In this document: piece after piece, positions 1 through 14,100 of the stretch
How positions within the stretch are numbered: position 1 is the stretch's first letter
Layout: each line of letters starts with the position of its first letter
The notes under the pieces: generated by a model
What the model saw: only the letters and a program-made list of their open reading frames with translations
Told to the model about the DNA's origin: nothing
Databases searched by the model: none
NCBI GenBank assembly: GCA_024137785.1
Contig: JAHRHZ010000048.1
Coordinates: 12,690,256 to 12,754,255 of the forward strand
DNA length: 64,000 nucleotides
From: Ginglymostoma cirratum
Lineage: Eukaryota
Direction: 5' to 3'
Made by a program: the position numbers and the translations under genes

Positions 1-699
1 AAGCAACGTCCTCTTCAGGACAGTCCAATTATGTGAAGGACCTGTAGCAGAGGGGCCTGGGTCTGCTTTGTTTCCTGCCTTTATAAATAAAGGTGTAGCA
101 GAATTCCTGTACAGCATGAGCATGTGTCCCCTAACTACTATCTTGGTGCACATTCTGAACATGAGAAACAGATGCAGAACTAATTTTAACTTTTAAAAAA
201 TCTTCCCTGCAATATGGGCACCCCAAGTATACTCAAGCCGCCTTCTTAAAATGCACAGTCCATCTGGTACAGCTCGACTCTCAGTGCCCATTAGGAAGGG
301 CACTCCAGCCACAGGGAAGGAATAGCAATATACGTGAAGGATGATGCCTGGCTTGGACAGGAAATTGCAGGCTCATGGTGTTCCTTACATCTACTTCCCT
401 TGTCTGGTTGGTAAAGATGGCAGGATAAGCCATGGCAGGTTGCGACATTGCATCTTGTAGACAATACACAGGGCTGCCACTGTGCATTAATCATGGTTGG
501 AATGAAATGTTTAACGTGATGGGAGCTGACCAAACAGGTTATTGTGTCCTGATTGGTACAGTGTCTTGAGTGTTGTTGAAATTATACTCATTCAATATTC
601 CTATCATCCCTCCATCATATTCCCAAGTGGAGTTAGAACCATTTTGAGGATCCAAACTAGAGAACACGTCTGTAAATATAGTAATTCTCTAATTGAGAG

Positions 700-850
700 T
701 GGATCTTTCTCTGCACCTTCTCTATAGCTGTAACACTACAGTCTGCATTCTATTCTATTACCCTGATGTGAGGTATGATTTGTCTGGTTAGCATGTAAAA
801 CAATACTTTTCACTGTATCTCAGCATATGTGACAATAACAAATCAAATCA
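700..850 (+). mobile_element. Retroposon 3' tail (same tail type as 52930-52990)
   Basis: acttttcactgtatctcagcatatgtgacaataacaaatcaaatca. Confidence 0.55.
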
Positions 851-2424
851 GTGTGACACTGCAATTGCAGTTCAGGTCTCTGGGTGAACAAAAAGGGTTT
901 GATTTTAATTGTTTGCAGGTTAAAGTGAATTGAGTAAAACAGAGTGACTCCTTCCTAGAAAATCTGCAGTCTAAAACAGCAGGGGGTCAGGTTCCTGGCA
1001 TGTTTGGATAAAATAGGAAAATCATTTCCTGGAGAGAGAACCAGACTAAATGTAATATCAGTCATAGTAGAAAGACACTTCGCGGAGGGTCACTCACTGA
1101 AATGCTGGCAGACAAAATTAAAGAAAATATCTAAGGCAGGCTGGATCTGACATGGGCTTCAGGCAAACATACGAATGTTGGGATTAAAAGGCAAAAGGGA
1201 AAGAGGAGGTAGAGGTCCAACACTCAGAAGTAAAGAAAATGTGAGGTCAGCTAGTGAAAATTTAAAGTCCCCTTCATTACCAGCACATTGACTATAGTCA
1301 ATGGGCCATCTACAAGATACACGACAGCAAGGCTCAGTTAACAGCATCTTCCAAACCCGTGAGATCAATGTATTAGAACAATGACAGTAAGCACAAACAA
1401 CAATTTCCATCTCCAAGTCATGCACCATCCTGTTGCTGAAATATTAAATTGCTGGGTCAAAACCTGAAACTTCCTGTCTAACAGCTCTGTGGGTGTGCTC
1501 TACCACCTGTCTGCAGCAGTTTAGAAAGGTAACTCAGCATGGACAACAGTGAAAAGGAAAGCAATGGCCACATCCCATAACTGAGTAGCAGAAAAAAATA
1601 GCAGTCACCAAATGCTGACATTCTAGATTTTGTTAACTGCCAAAAAGCTATGGAATAAGATTAACAGTTAATATTTACTACCAGGTTGACAGAATCTCTG
1701 GTCCTGATCCCAAGGGCACAATTTACATAAACCCTGAAGCAGATGGCATGCTACAGGAGTCCATTATTTGTACCCAGCCAGATCCATCAAGTTAGCCTCC
1801 ACTGTGAGACTGAGTTCCCAAGTAGGAGGTTACAGCTAGGGATGCCTGGAAGTGGTGGAAGGAAGCTGTGATGGGACGTCCATGACTTCCTGATGAAACC
1901 TGGGAGGTGCACATGCCTCTATCCCCTCCACCCCAGCCACTGCTCTACCACTCAGCCCTCAAATATTGAGCTCAGGGGAAATCAGCAGTGTATCTGAACT
2001 TCGAACAACTGGTTCTGGTTGGCTTGCTTGCTCAAAAACAAGAGCTCACCATTGAAATAACATAAATCAGAAGGGGGTTATAGTTACTTTCCTTATTTTA
2101 ACAGTAACACCAACACTACTGCCCCACCCTCAACCCAGTATCCATCAGGTAGGAAGATCTGAAATTACAGCACATTTCTACATGGGTAATTCCCCACTCA
2201 GAGTGCCACTGAACAGCAAGCTGTAACAAATCCTTGGTTATAGGGGCAGCTGCTCCTCTATAGTCTAGTGAAAAGACACTGCTTTCGAAGATTACAGATG
2301 CAATGAGGTGCCTTCACTTATGGTACTATAGCAATTCCAGGAGCTACAGAATAATTCAGGTTGCGACCTTCACCCTTGTTAACCTGCCCTCACTCACTCT
2401 AGCACAACAACAGCATGTTTGTTG

Positions 2425-2430
2425 TTTATT
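2425..2430 (-). terminator. Candidate distal polyadenylation signal
   Basis: Minus-strand AATAAA followed by GT-rich sequence (tgctgttgttgtgctagagtgagtg) at the edge of the repeat-poor tract. Confidence 0.4.
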
Positions 2431-3003
2431 AACCAGCATAAAGGTGTTCTGACAAATTTCTTTCTTACTAACTTCTGTTCATTCTTGTCTTTTTTTTATT
2501 TGTATGTAAACCACTCTCCTCACAGCAAAGAATTAGAACAATGACTTTACCTCTAATGTTGCTTGGTGGTTCATTACAGGTTTTTAAAAGTATGTTCTGT
2601 ATTTAACATCAGTGGAAACACACACCCTGCTCTTTGACTAACAAGTCCCTGAAGCAGTGTCCATATTAAACTTAATTGGATAAGTTTAGATATAAAGTGG
2701 GGCTACTGCAGAAATAAGAAATTCTAACTTCTCTCCTTACTTTTAAAATTTGATCATTCATTATATATGTTTCTTTGAGTCAATTCACAAAATGACACTA
2801 TTATGCTCTTTAGCGGAGACAATCAGAGCAATCAAAAGACATACTATTGTGACGTGTGTTGTAAAAATAATCCATGTGGCCAGCCAAGGTTATATATAAT
2901 TGAGGATGACCACAACTGAAATGTTTATCCCATGATGTATCCTAAATAATTCTAATCTTTAATCCTTACATAAACAAATTAAAAGCAGAAAACACATGTA
3001 AAA

Positions 3004-3084
3004 TAGGCCCGAAACGTCAAGTTTTCCTGCTCCTATGATGCTGCTTGACCTGCTGTGTTCATCCAGCCCCATGCTTGTTATCTC
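3004..3084 (+). mobile_element. Single-arm family A fragment in the putative distal 3'UTR
   Basis: taggcccgaaacgtcaagttttcctgctcctatgatgctgcttgacctgctgtgttcatccagc...ttatctc. Confidence 0.75.
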
Positions 3085-6000
3085 TGTAAATTTATCATTC
3101 CTACTGATTACAACTTTACACTGAATAACTGACATGGACTCGCAATACACAGTAAAAGCCAATATCTTTACTTAAGTGAGTGCAGGGTACAAATTTTTAC
3201 AACAATCTCTAGCATAATTGTTATCATCCGATAAAAAGTTCACTTATTTTTGTATAATGAAGAAAAAAACAACACATTCAGGGAAATTGCAGGTTAACTT
3301 AAAGTCTCATCAATATTTGTTTCAATGATGGCAACAAAGTCCAGCTTGTGCTGCCAACAGGCTTAAAGTTTAAACCGTGAACAGCTCCGGTGATTTCTAC
3401 AAGTAACAAACAATTACCAAATACAGGTACATCAGTTTTTATAAAAGCCATTTTAAATATTTTGCAAAGCAGTGTCTTGCACAGCAGAGGGTAGAAAGTC
3501 TGTGCAAAAGAAAATGTGTCTCTTCCCTTTCTCTTCGCATACTTTGTTTAGTTTTCCATAAACAGTGTCCAGAGACAGGAAGTTTGAGTTCTAGTCTACT
3601 GTCTCTTGTGTGCAAATAAACATCGCCTTCATATATTCCTGGATTCCATAGATAAGCACTGCATATAGGAATTGCTCTGGGCTGCATTAACCCAAATTAT
3701 GCCATTTACACTTTTTTAGTTTTGTGAAATATTTGAAGTGTAATAGGCCCAGTACATCAGTAACTGTAACTCTACAGTAATGGTGTTTGTTTTTTTTAAT
3801 TTACTCCTTCATATTAGGTGCCTAACATTAGTACATGCTATTTAAATTTCCATTAACCCCAAGGGATTATGACACCATTGAAGCTGATGGTAAATAAATG
3901 TTATTTAAAATTTACCCTGAGAGTGATTAGTACTTTCTTACTGCCCACAGTATTGATATTTTACACAATTGAATAAAAAATGTGACGAGCCTAAATTAAA
4001 ATGTAATGGCTGGCAGTAACACATTGTTATTGAAATCCCAGGTTATACCAGGAACTGTGTGTTCAATTTGTAGACTCAAATTCAAAGTGTTCTCTCAATG
4101 AGCTGAAAAGCCATCTTAGGGTACTTCTGCATGCTGCATGCACTTCAGTGCTACTGGATCTTTCTATTTCTAAAACAACTGCTGTAACTCATATCACAGG
4201 TAAAAACCTCTACAGTATTCAGCGGTAGACCTGTTGTTGTTTAGAATACATTAACAAATTGTCACATGCATCTAGAGAAGTTAATTACACAATGCTTTCA
4301 TCTCCTACTGTCTTCTTGCAAAATCCATCTCAAAAGGTCAGCTAATGGTACAAAGTTTTACTTTCCTCAGGAAATCCATCATGTGAGACTTTTTTAAAAA
4401 CCAATAAACAGCGAACTTCAAAAGTTCAAAGACTTGCAAACAGTGCAAAATGTGTGCTATAATTTCAGAACCTAACATGGGTGTTTCCAAATAATAGTTC
4501 TAATAGATAAATATCTATTAAATAAAAAAAAACCTCGAAACCTAGAGGATCAAGAACGCGCAGAAAATTTGGCTTTGAATTTGCTGCAGAACCTATTTTC
4601 TGAGATTGAAGGATTTCCTCTCCTCACAACAATTAGATGGCAAGTTACGCTAAAACACGTTTGGATCTAGCTGCAAGTTATTTGCTATATCTTCCAGTAG
4701 CTGTGGTTTGCTACTATCTTAGCTCAGAATCCTTAAAAGGTGTTATGTGGGAAAAGCCCAACTTTTACGTTTTGTGTTTTTTTTTGAAAAAGGGACAGTG
4801 GCCATCATCAACAGAACTGACACAGTCTTTCGATAGAGTATTTCCCTTCATTTAGGTGATCCCTTCCTCAAAGCTGCCCACATACCTGCACTGCACTGGC
4901 TTATAAAGGAGACCCCATTCCAACCTGGTCATATATCCAACTAAAGCTTTTTGAGTGTCTGTGACATGGGGAATTGTATTAAGTAGTGAAGGAAATGATA
5001 TATTTAAATAAGTTCTTTTTAAAAAGACTAATAATTAAACTAGTAAATATTTCTTAATGTAGACAAAGCTATCAACCAATAGCAATATAATTCTTATATT
5101 AAACCATGCATGCCACTGACACAATTATGCAACATTAATGCCCATTATGTCGGGCACTGGTTATCATTTGTGAACAAAAAGGTAAATGATGCCATCACGT
5201 AAGGCAAATTGCACACAAGGAGACACAGTAAATGTGAAGCAAACTTCCTACCAAACGTACAGAAAATTTCCTCTAACATGCATAATTCAATAAAGCCTAT
5301 TTCTTTTCATTCCTGCAGATTACACAACTCAGCTGCTTTCTGCAGCTTAAAAGAGGTCTGTTCAGCAGTGAGTGAGCAAATTAGAATTCCTACCATTGCC
5401 TCAGTAGCATTAGCCTTACTTCATTTATCTTTGAACACATTTTCAACCAATTAATGTGTGTAGGAACAAAAAGGGTGGGCAGAAACATGTTAAGATGAAA
5501 AATATCACACTATTTTGTGTGTGTAATTCTACTGGAGGTTCAAACAGAAAAAAATCAGCTTCAAACACACCTTAGCCAAAATATTTTAGGGAAACTTGAA
5601 AATTGTTATCTACAAAAATTATCTAAACTAAACATTAGATTTCCCTCTTAAAAAGAATCAAATAATGAATATTATGCCTATACTTATTGCTAAAAAGCAG
5701 TAATGGTCATATCATGAGTACATTTTGTCAGAACAAGTCACACAAAACAATTTTTCTAAATTCAGCTTCAGTAGAACTGATGAAAACAGCATGAACCTTG
5801 ATAGCCTGTCATGCTCACACACATTCTGCTTCACTCTTTTTTATAAAAAAGGAATGGTGTCTGTTATAAACCAAGCAACACGTCAATTCAGCTACAACAT
5901 TTTCACTACTATATGTTGGTAGATATTGACCGGTATGGATTCAGTGGGACAAATGACCTCGTGTGTAGCAATGACTCTATACAAAACTGCCAAAGCCAAG

Positions 6001-7884
6001 TTGCCATTTTACATTAATAATTGGCAATCTATTAGCAGAAGTTTATTAAGCACAATGTCATACCCTTGAAAGTTTTTCTCAAGTCTTTTGGAGATGGTTT
6101 TATAATGGAGGACAGCAGAATAAAGGGACCAGTCCTGACAGTGATGTCATTAGAACCTGTTTGCAAACTGCACGTCTCCATTTAATATATTTTTAAAGTA
6201 CATATTCACTAAACTATAAATGCCTGAATTAGCTGTAAAATGACAGATTTTGGTTCCCTTTGGTGCCATTAGCCTTGGCTCATTTGGGAGTCATCAAGTC
6301 AGTCCATTCAAGGGGTAAAAACCTTACTCTATTGCTCTATTTCTACAAGTGTGCACTCAGGCCTTCCCCTTTGATTGTCAAATCTATTGCACTCACCACT
6401 GAACAATCCTTTTTTTAAATATATAAAAGAAACCTTTTACATGTATTACTCTCAAAAGGTACTCACCTGCACTACTCCCCTGCAGGTTTTTATTAAGAAC
6501 CACAAGTGTCTACTGTCAGTGAATTATCACAAAAGGCAGCTTATATCAGAAAAGTGTAATTGAATAAAGCAGTGAAATTCCATCCACAACAGTCTACAAT
6601 ATAAGGAAATTGCTTTCAGGTTTGTGCATGACAAATATAACATCAGGATTTAGGATCTGCTTTTTATATGTATAGTAAAGCATTACCATACAGCACAGAA
6701 ATAACAATTATTGTACACATTCACTGCCATTGAGGAAAATAAAACTTTTACTACTTTTTGCAAATGCCATATATAATAATTAAAACCCAAGGAAGTACAG
6801 CATATTAAACAAAATAGTAATTACCAGTGGATACTCTACTCATAAGGATCTCGCCCTGTCAAGTTGGTGATAATCCACAAAAATATACTTTAATCTGTTG
6901 GACGTACAATACGTTGTACACTAACACCAAAGGTGATATAGTTAAGATGCTATATACACAAACATTTGGCTCAAATTCTCTTTACATATAGGTTAGCAAG
7001 TGTTCATGGCTTTTAAAGGTTTAGCCTGCATTTTAAAAAAGCAAAATCTAAGCCAAGGTAACAAGATAAAACCATATCTATAGAGAGCATCAACATGCAA
7101 CTTTGGCATACATAAATAATTTCATAGCTGAATGTGTTTAAAATTATACAGTTCTATATAGTCAATAATAAGTAGGGGTATTATGTTTTCTTTTAATAAA
7201 AATATATAAGTGATCTGAATCAAATTTGGATTTCAGACATCAACATAAAAGAGCTTTAACTAAATTCCAATTATAACTTAATATATTAAGTTTCTCTTAA
7301 TGCTATATTCACCAACAGGCTCCTCATTTCTCATGCAGGTACTTAACGCATGTTTTCAATGTACTTAATAAATTGTGTTGCCACTTTTACAACCTGTTTT
7401 TGCACATGCAAGAACTGCTCACCTCAGCTCCATACCGTGCAACTTATAACACTTCTTCAAGAGACGGAGACCCATGCCAGGTTCAATATCATAGATTTAT
7501 TTTATGTACAGTATTGCTCTCTTGTTTCTTTCTACAGCTTCAATGCTACAAAGCAGAAAGTTTAACTAGCCACACCATTTTTATACACGCACACAGGACA
7601 CTGTCTGAATTGACAACCAACTGTCTTGTTTTTGCAAGCACGGTAGGGTTGAATATAAATTTATTTTTTTTTGCAAACCAGTATAAGATAACAGCTAATA
7701 CAAATAAGTGCCAGACTGGGACAGTGACTAAAATTTAAATGTGGGACACCTGCAAATATACAATTAATTTGCACTGTAGAGTACCTGATTAACTTATACA
7801 TTTTCCATGTCCTTGTCTTAGATATGTAAGGACAATTCTCTTGTAACAAAAGAGATACTACAAAACGGCAGCAAAAAGGGGGCT

Positions 7885-8194
7885 TTATGTCACCCATGTG
7901 TCCATCCGCATACGTTTTACGGATGGGCTTTCTCGATCATCTGTGGATGGTCTTGCGAGTCCAATGGGTGAGTGAAAGTCACCCCGAGGGTCCTCGCGGT
8001 CACTTCCATCGTACGAGCTGCTGGAGCTGCTCAGGCTATCAACGGGTGAACGTCCCGTGTCATGTCGGGACTGCTGAGGGAAACCTGAAGGCGTCATCCG
8101 GTCTCGAGGGGGTGAGGTTGGTTCCGATTTGATGTTGACATTCTGGTTGGTGTTGGTTGAGAGGTTCGAACCCTGAAGTGATTGACTGTTAACT
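7885..8194 (-). CDS. MEF2A: MEF2A terminal coding exon (310 nt including TAA)
   Basis: ttttctgcag|A GTT AAC; [41 protein letters not shown]...[24 protein letters not shown]...[15 protein letters not shown]. Confidence 0.96.
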
Positions 8195-11100
8195 CTGCAG
8201 AAAATTAACAACAACAGGCGGGGTGAGCTTGATGACTCTTGCACATGAAAAGCAAATAATACATTTCGAAGCGTGATCTGGCTCAAACTGCTTTTTTTTT
8301 GACGAAACGCAAATCACACAATTTGCATTCTCAGATGTTTCTGCATGGATAGATAATAGTCTAAATGTATGTTGGTCTACAAATTCTTGTTCTCAGTCAT
8401 TCTGGTGTGAAGATTAGCCATGTGTCGTTCATGAACTTCCCCTCCGGAATAGTGAAGTCAAACGATAGACCTAACACCTCCAATTTTTTCAAATTTGTTC
8501 AATCTACTGTGTGAAAACTGAAATTACATTGCCTCCTAACAGGGGTCTTTTGCTATACTTGATGCAGACCAATTTTTAGAAAGTTGGCGGGGGGGAGCAC
8601 TCGGTCATTAAGCATCACACAGCTAGGCAAGTGATAGCGGGAGCCCAGAAGTATATCATAGAATCCCTACCACGTGAAAGCAGGCCAAGTCCATCGGGGG
8701 CACACTGACCTTCAGCATCCCACGCAGACCCACACCACACTCCACCCCACCCCACCCCACCCATGAAACCCTACATTTCCCATGGCTAACTCACTTAGCC
8801 TGCACATCCCTGGACACTATGGGAAATTTAGCATGGTCAATCCCCCCTAACCTGCATATCTTTGGATTGTGGGAGGAAACCCACACAGACACGGGGAAGA
8901 ATGTGCAAACTCCACACAGGCAGTCAGCTGAGGGTGGAATCGAACCAGGGTCCTCGATGCTATGAGGCAGTGGTGCTAACCACTGAGCCACAGTGCTGCT
9001 CAAAGTGGAGCAGCAAGGTCACTAAAGCCCACAAATGAAGGGGAGCTGAATCTTGAATGATCCCTTGCAGACTAGTTCTGAATACTGCTGTTATATTAAA
9101 CAGGGAAAAAGTAGCTGTCACTGTGATGCAGTGCAACGGCATGCTGCATCCAGAGTGGCCCTGTGCTGGGAGATTTCATAAGTCATGAATTTTCAAGCAG
9201 CACTGGCTAAAAGAACGCTGGGGAGTGAGAAAAATAGCATTGCCTATTAATGCCTGCTACAGGACTTTTCCAGAGTTGCATCAGTACAATCTAAGGACAC
9301 ATTAGTTATTGACTGTTTCTCCAAGCACAAAAAACTGGTCCAGGGGAAGAAGATGGGATTAATTACCACAGGTACAGCTTGCTCCTTTATACGTGCCAGC
9401 AGGAAATTCTTGTGTTCCACTTAGAGAAACTTCAGGAATATTGTTCCATCAAGCCTCTCTGCTAAGTCAGATGATCTTCCCTCAGTTTCTCTTTCTGAAG
9501 CAGATCATCAGTGCATCATTCTTTGGCAACCTCGAAATTGCTAAAGTCCATCAGTTTAATTCTGATGCAAGTAAGGTGCAATTATTAATAAAGAATTACA
9601 ATGTCATGAAACCAAGACTCGTGTTTCAGATAATACCCCACACCATAACAGCTTTGCTCTAAAAACATTTATAAGCTGGGTTAGAACTGGTCCATATCAT
9701 GAAATGGTGGGTGAGTAGTACAGCTTGTGTCCAAGCCCTCTATGCAGGCACTTCATCCCTGACAGGAAGGAAATGCATCAGTTGTAAATGTTTGCAAGAG
9801 CCTGTAAGGGTCAATACTGAAGTGTGCATTAAACACAACCCGATACGATGATCTCACAAGGACTAGGTGAGGGATACTCTCAGTAACAACGTCCACCATT
9901 CTAATGTAACGGGTACCTAGTTGCTATCATGCAATAAACTACATCTTGTTTAAAACAGGAACTTCTTATCATTAGGCGATCAGGCGGTTTTTCTCAAACA
10001 CACAAGACCAAGCTGGCCCTTCAGATTGCTATCAGGAAAAAGGATGATAGAAGAAAAACTCCTGGATGAATCTTCCACGATGATCAGCTGTAGTGAGAAA
10101 TCATCTTACAACATTAACCAACCTTTAGAAGTTGGCAGTTCAAGCCTTCTCAACACATTTTCACCCTGGGCTTAGTAGTTTGCAAGTTCAAAAACCTTGT
10201 TACGTATTATGACTATTCAGTAGAGGCAAGGATACTATAAGGTTTAACTGGATGAAAAGCTCTTTATAAAAAAATGATGCATGGTGTAACATGAAGTCTG
10301 TTGCTGCAGACTAATCAGGCACATTTCCTTTCCTTCATTCCTTTATGGGATGTGGGCATCTCTGGCATGACTGTATTTATTGCCCACTCCTAAGTGAATT
10401 GGTGGAGTATATAACTAGTCTATTTCAAAGGACAGTTGAGAGTCAGGTGTGGGTCTGAAGACGCTCGAGGCCAGACCAGTTAAAAGTAACAAATTTCCAT
10501 GAAGACCATTAATAAATGCCCTATGGTCACCATTACTGAGACTACTCTCAAATAGCCCTCTTTAATTGAATTTAAATTCCATCAGCTGACATGGTGGGAT
10601 TTGAACCCGTGTCCTCATGATATTAGCCTCGGCCTCTGGATCACTAGTCCAGTAATATTACCATTCTGCCATCATCTCCTCCTTACTCAAGGTGGTAGGA
10701 TTATTTTGGTCAAGCAGTAATGCTATAAATGTAGCCTTTTGTGGGCAGGTTTGAGACCTTTTCATTCCGCCCACAAATAACAAAAAACAGAAAGCACCGT
10801 CTACAATCTAAAGCTAGAAAGTACCTGTACCGTGTTTCCTTCAAGAGTTCCTCAAGAATATGTAACATAATCATATCAACTGCCATTTTTTCCAACATGA
10901 ATATGTTGTAACAAACCAAAAGATATTGTAATATCACAAGACTCTATTTTGTCCGAGCTCATACTCAAGTAGAATTCATTATAATCTTCTCACAGTTTCT
11001 TCATAATCCATGTGAATGTAACACGGCTATTGTTGGCTATCTTCACAGCTTGGGAGAAGGTTTCAGATTAAAACTACGCTAAAATGCAGCTTTAGGTCTT

Positions 11101-14100
11101 GGAGACTAGTTCTGATGTCAAGCCTACAGGGAGATTTGCGACACTCACATACAGCCCACCAGCCAAATTCTGGCTACCAAAATGAAACATTTAACTGTTC
11201 AGTGTCTTAACCACATTTACTATAGATGTTGCATTTTTTGTTTGCATGAACATGATCTCCAGTGTTCCGTCATCCTCACTGAAAACGTTGATGAGTTTTT
11301 CAGCCTTCACACAGCCTGATGGTAAGATCAGAAACGTAACCAGAGAGTAGCAGAAATGATTCCAAATAGTGTGATGTCCCATTAGCAGATCCAATGTTTC
11401 CAGTCACAAAAGGGCTGAGGCAACTGGCAATGCAAATCTCTGGATTTAAGCAAACTTCATGTAATTGGTAATTGCGCAAATTGCTCATGTCTGCTACCCA
11501 GCTAGACCCCAACGAACAAATAAGGCAGAAAGCCAAAGACATTAAACTCTAGTTGAGGCCACGTATTGGCTACAAGCTTATTTTGACTGCCTTGGTTGAG
11601 TTTTGGTTGCACTAACTATTGTTGTCCAATTGCTTTGTTGATGCTTTCATTGTTTTAATCTGTCGTTGGACAGAAGATCAATCAGCCTATTCTAAAGCTC
11701 TGAATGGAATTCTGAAATGCTTAGCCCTTAAACATCATATACACAAGCTTGTATGACTGAATCTTATATGCAATTTACTTCCATATTTTATTTATAGCGC
11801 ATTTAACTAAATTAGCTCACAGCACTTTATATAACCAATTTCCTTTCAATGACTATCATCACTTTATCAAACATGGCAGGCACTCAAAGTCACACAAACA
11901 TATGGTGAAAGCTGATCAGTTTACCAGGTGGGTATTTATTTGGAAGGATTATTGATGAGGACAAGGGAAAATTCCCTGCTCTAAGAATATTTCGATGAAA
12001 TCTCTCTGCTCATCGGAGGGGGCAGACAGTTGGGTTACTGGCTTCAAATCTAATTTGACGCAAAGTACTTTCAAAAATGCAATGTGCTTTCGTGTATAGC
12101 AATGACCTGTTTGTCTAGATTCTGCACTCAAGGCCTGAGATAGATTTAAGTCACAACTATCTGATCTAGAAGAAAGAATGGCTTTAGAGCGCACAATCTT
12201 AACCTGGCGAGTACCTAGATCGTAAAATATCTTTGATCAAGTGTTATTCAATTAAAAGCACTTTTTAGGAGACACTAGGGCTTTCCACTCCATTTCTATT
12301 TGTTTTGATCTTGGAATGCACAGGCAAAGAGGACATTAAGACCTGAAGAAAGGTATTATATGTCAGGATTGCACAAAACATTAGTTGAAGTGGATACTCC
12401 CTTGTGGTTCTTCCTTCTAACGATTGAATCTGGAGTAACATGAAGGCAGTGAATATCCGGAGAACAGTCATACCCATCAGTCAAAGATTATTTACACCCG
12501 CATGTGGGTCCGCAGTGAGTTGAGTATCGATATAGGATTGCAATACTTTTATTAAACAAAAGAAATGCACACCAACTTTGTTCTACATCCAGAGATCCTG
12601 GAGGACGCCAAGGGTCTCTCATCTTTCATCAGGTACAGTGGATGTCAGCACATTGTGTGGTGTTGAGATCTCATTCATAATGAAAGCACTCGTCAACAAA
12701 GTTAATCATCATTTGAGACAGCCTTATAGATTAAAAACGGGGCATTTGGCCATTTTCTTTTCTGAATTAGTTCCATGACAGATGCCAGAGAGCCAAAGGT
12801 GCCCTTAAATAAGATCCCTTACTGGAGTGCCAGGCTTTTGGCTTTAAGATCACTTTCTTCAAGGAAAGAATTTTGGTTTCAGATTTTATGTAAGAATACC
12901 CCAAAAGAACTCAATGATGTTGCACCTCTAATCTCTGGAATCAAATTAACAAAGTAATCCGGAGACATAGTGGCAGGCAAGCTTCGAGTGAGCAACAGTG
13001 ATATACAGCCTGTGCCCCATATGGTGAAACTAAGAGTACAGGTGGGGAGCTTTGTTGCTAATGAGCAATCTGGAAGAAAATCCATCATTTGTAAGGTCAC
13101 CATTGATAAGAATGGAAAAGGACAAATGGAGGCATTTTATTATGAACGCAGCACTTTACAAGACAATGATGTTTTAAAATTGATGCACTGACTAAAACTG
13201 GAGCAGAATGTTCTGAAACAGGGGCTGGGGAGCTCATACTAAACATCTGCCATGACAGATGCCTATGGACCTGGTTGTTATATGAAAAGAAACTTAAATT
13301 AAAGCCTGTTGAAATCAACTGCATTGTCTGTTTGTTTCTCCTTTTAGTCTAGTCAACTGTATTTGCTGTTCACAAGACCGTCTCCATTACATTGGCAAGA
13401 CCAACCACAGACCAGGTCATCACTTTGCAAAACTCCACTATCTGTAGTGATGACCCCGACCCACTGCTCAACATTTCAACAAGCCATCTTGCTTCTACAT
13501 GAACATTTCCAGTAAACCTCAATGCAAGCCTGAGAAGTAGCACCTCCTTATCCACGTATGTACTTTAGATCTTTCAGGACTCTACATTGAGTTCAACAGC
13601 AGGGTTTGATTTCTGTCCTACATTTTAATTACCCATCCCCTACCCCATGTTTCATGTGCCTTTTTGGCTTTGCTCTCTGCAAAGCGGACCCATTTTCTTC
13701 TTTTCACACCTCTCCTTCTCCTTCACCATCATTTGTATGCCCTTTGTGCTGAGGTTGGAAAGTGTAAAGAGAATTTCAGTAATTTTGCTTACTATTAGGA
13801 AAGAATTTCTAAGAAGGTTGAAGATTTTCTTGAAAACTAGATTTAAAGTAATTCCTATTTTGGAAAACATGGGTTAATGAAGACTCACCAAATACAGAAA
13901 TTAAAAACAGTGATTTTTTTTACGCATAGACTCAGTGTCTGTAGTCTTTAGGACTCTTGCAGCATCAAAGCTGAGCTCAATCATGTCCTCATCCTTTATC
14001 CTACTTGGTATTCAAGCCAAGAGTTACTGGCTGAGATCCAGCAACAAGAACCCTGGCTGTTTCTCCACATCTGTAGGCCAGGTACAAAGGCTGCTTGGGA

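Larger units (their letters stand above)
2405..7884 (-). other. MEF2A: Probable long MEF2A 3'UTR (distal end uncertain)
   Basis: Follows the stop codon; AT-rich and almost repeat-free compared with the introns; minus-strand AATAAA at 7496-7501, 6489-6494, 6042-6047, 2495-2500 and 2425-2430. Confidence 0.55.

Noticed and set aside
7887-8132. Antisense ORF over the last exon (also 20518-20907, 42555-42764, 46629-47069)
   Set aside because: Shadow ORFs expected opposite real coding exons; no recognisable protein.
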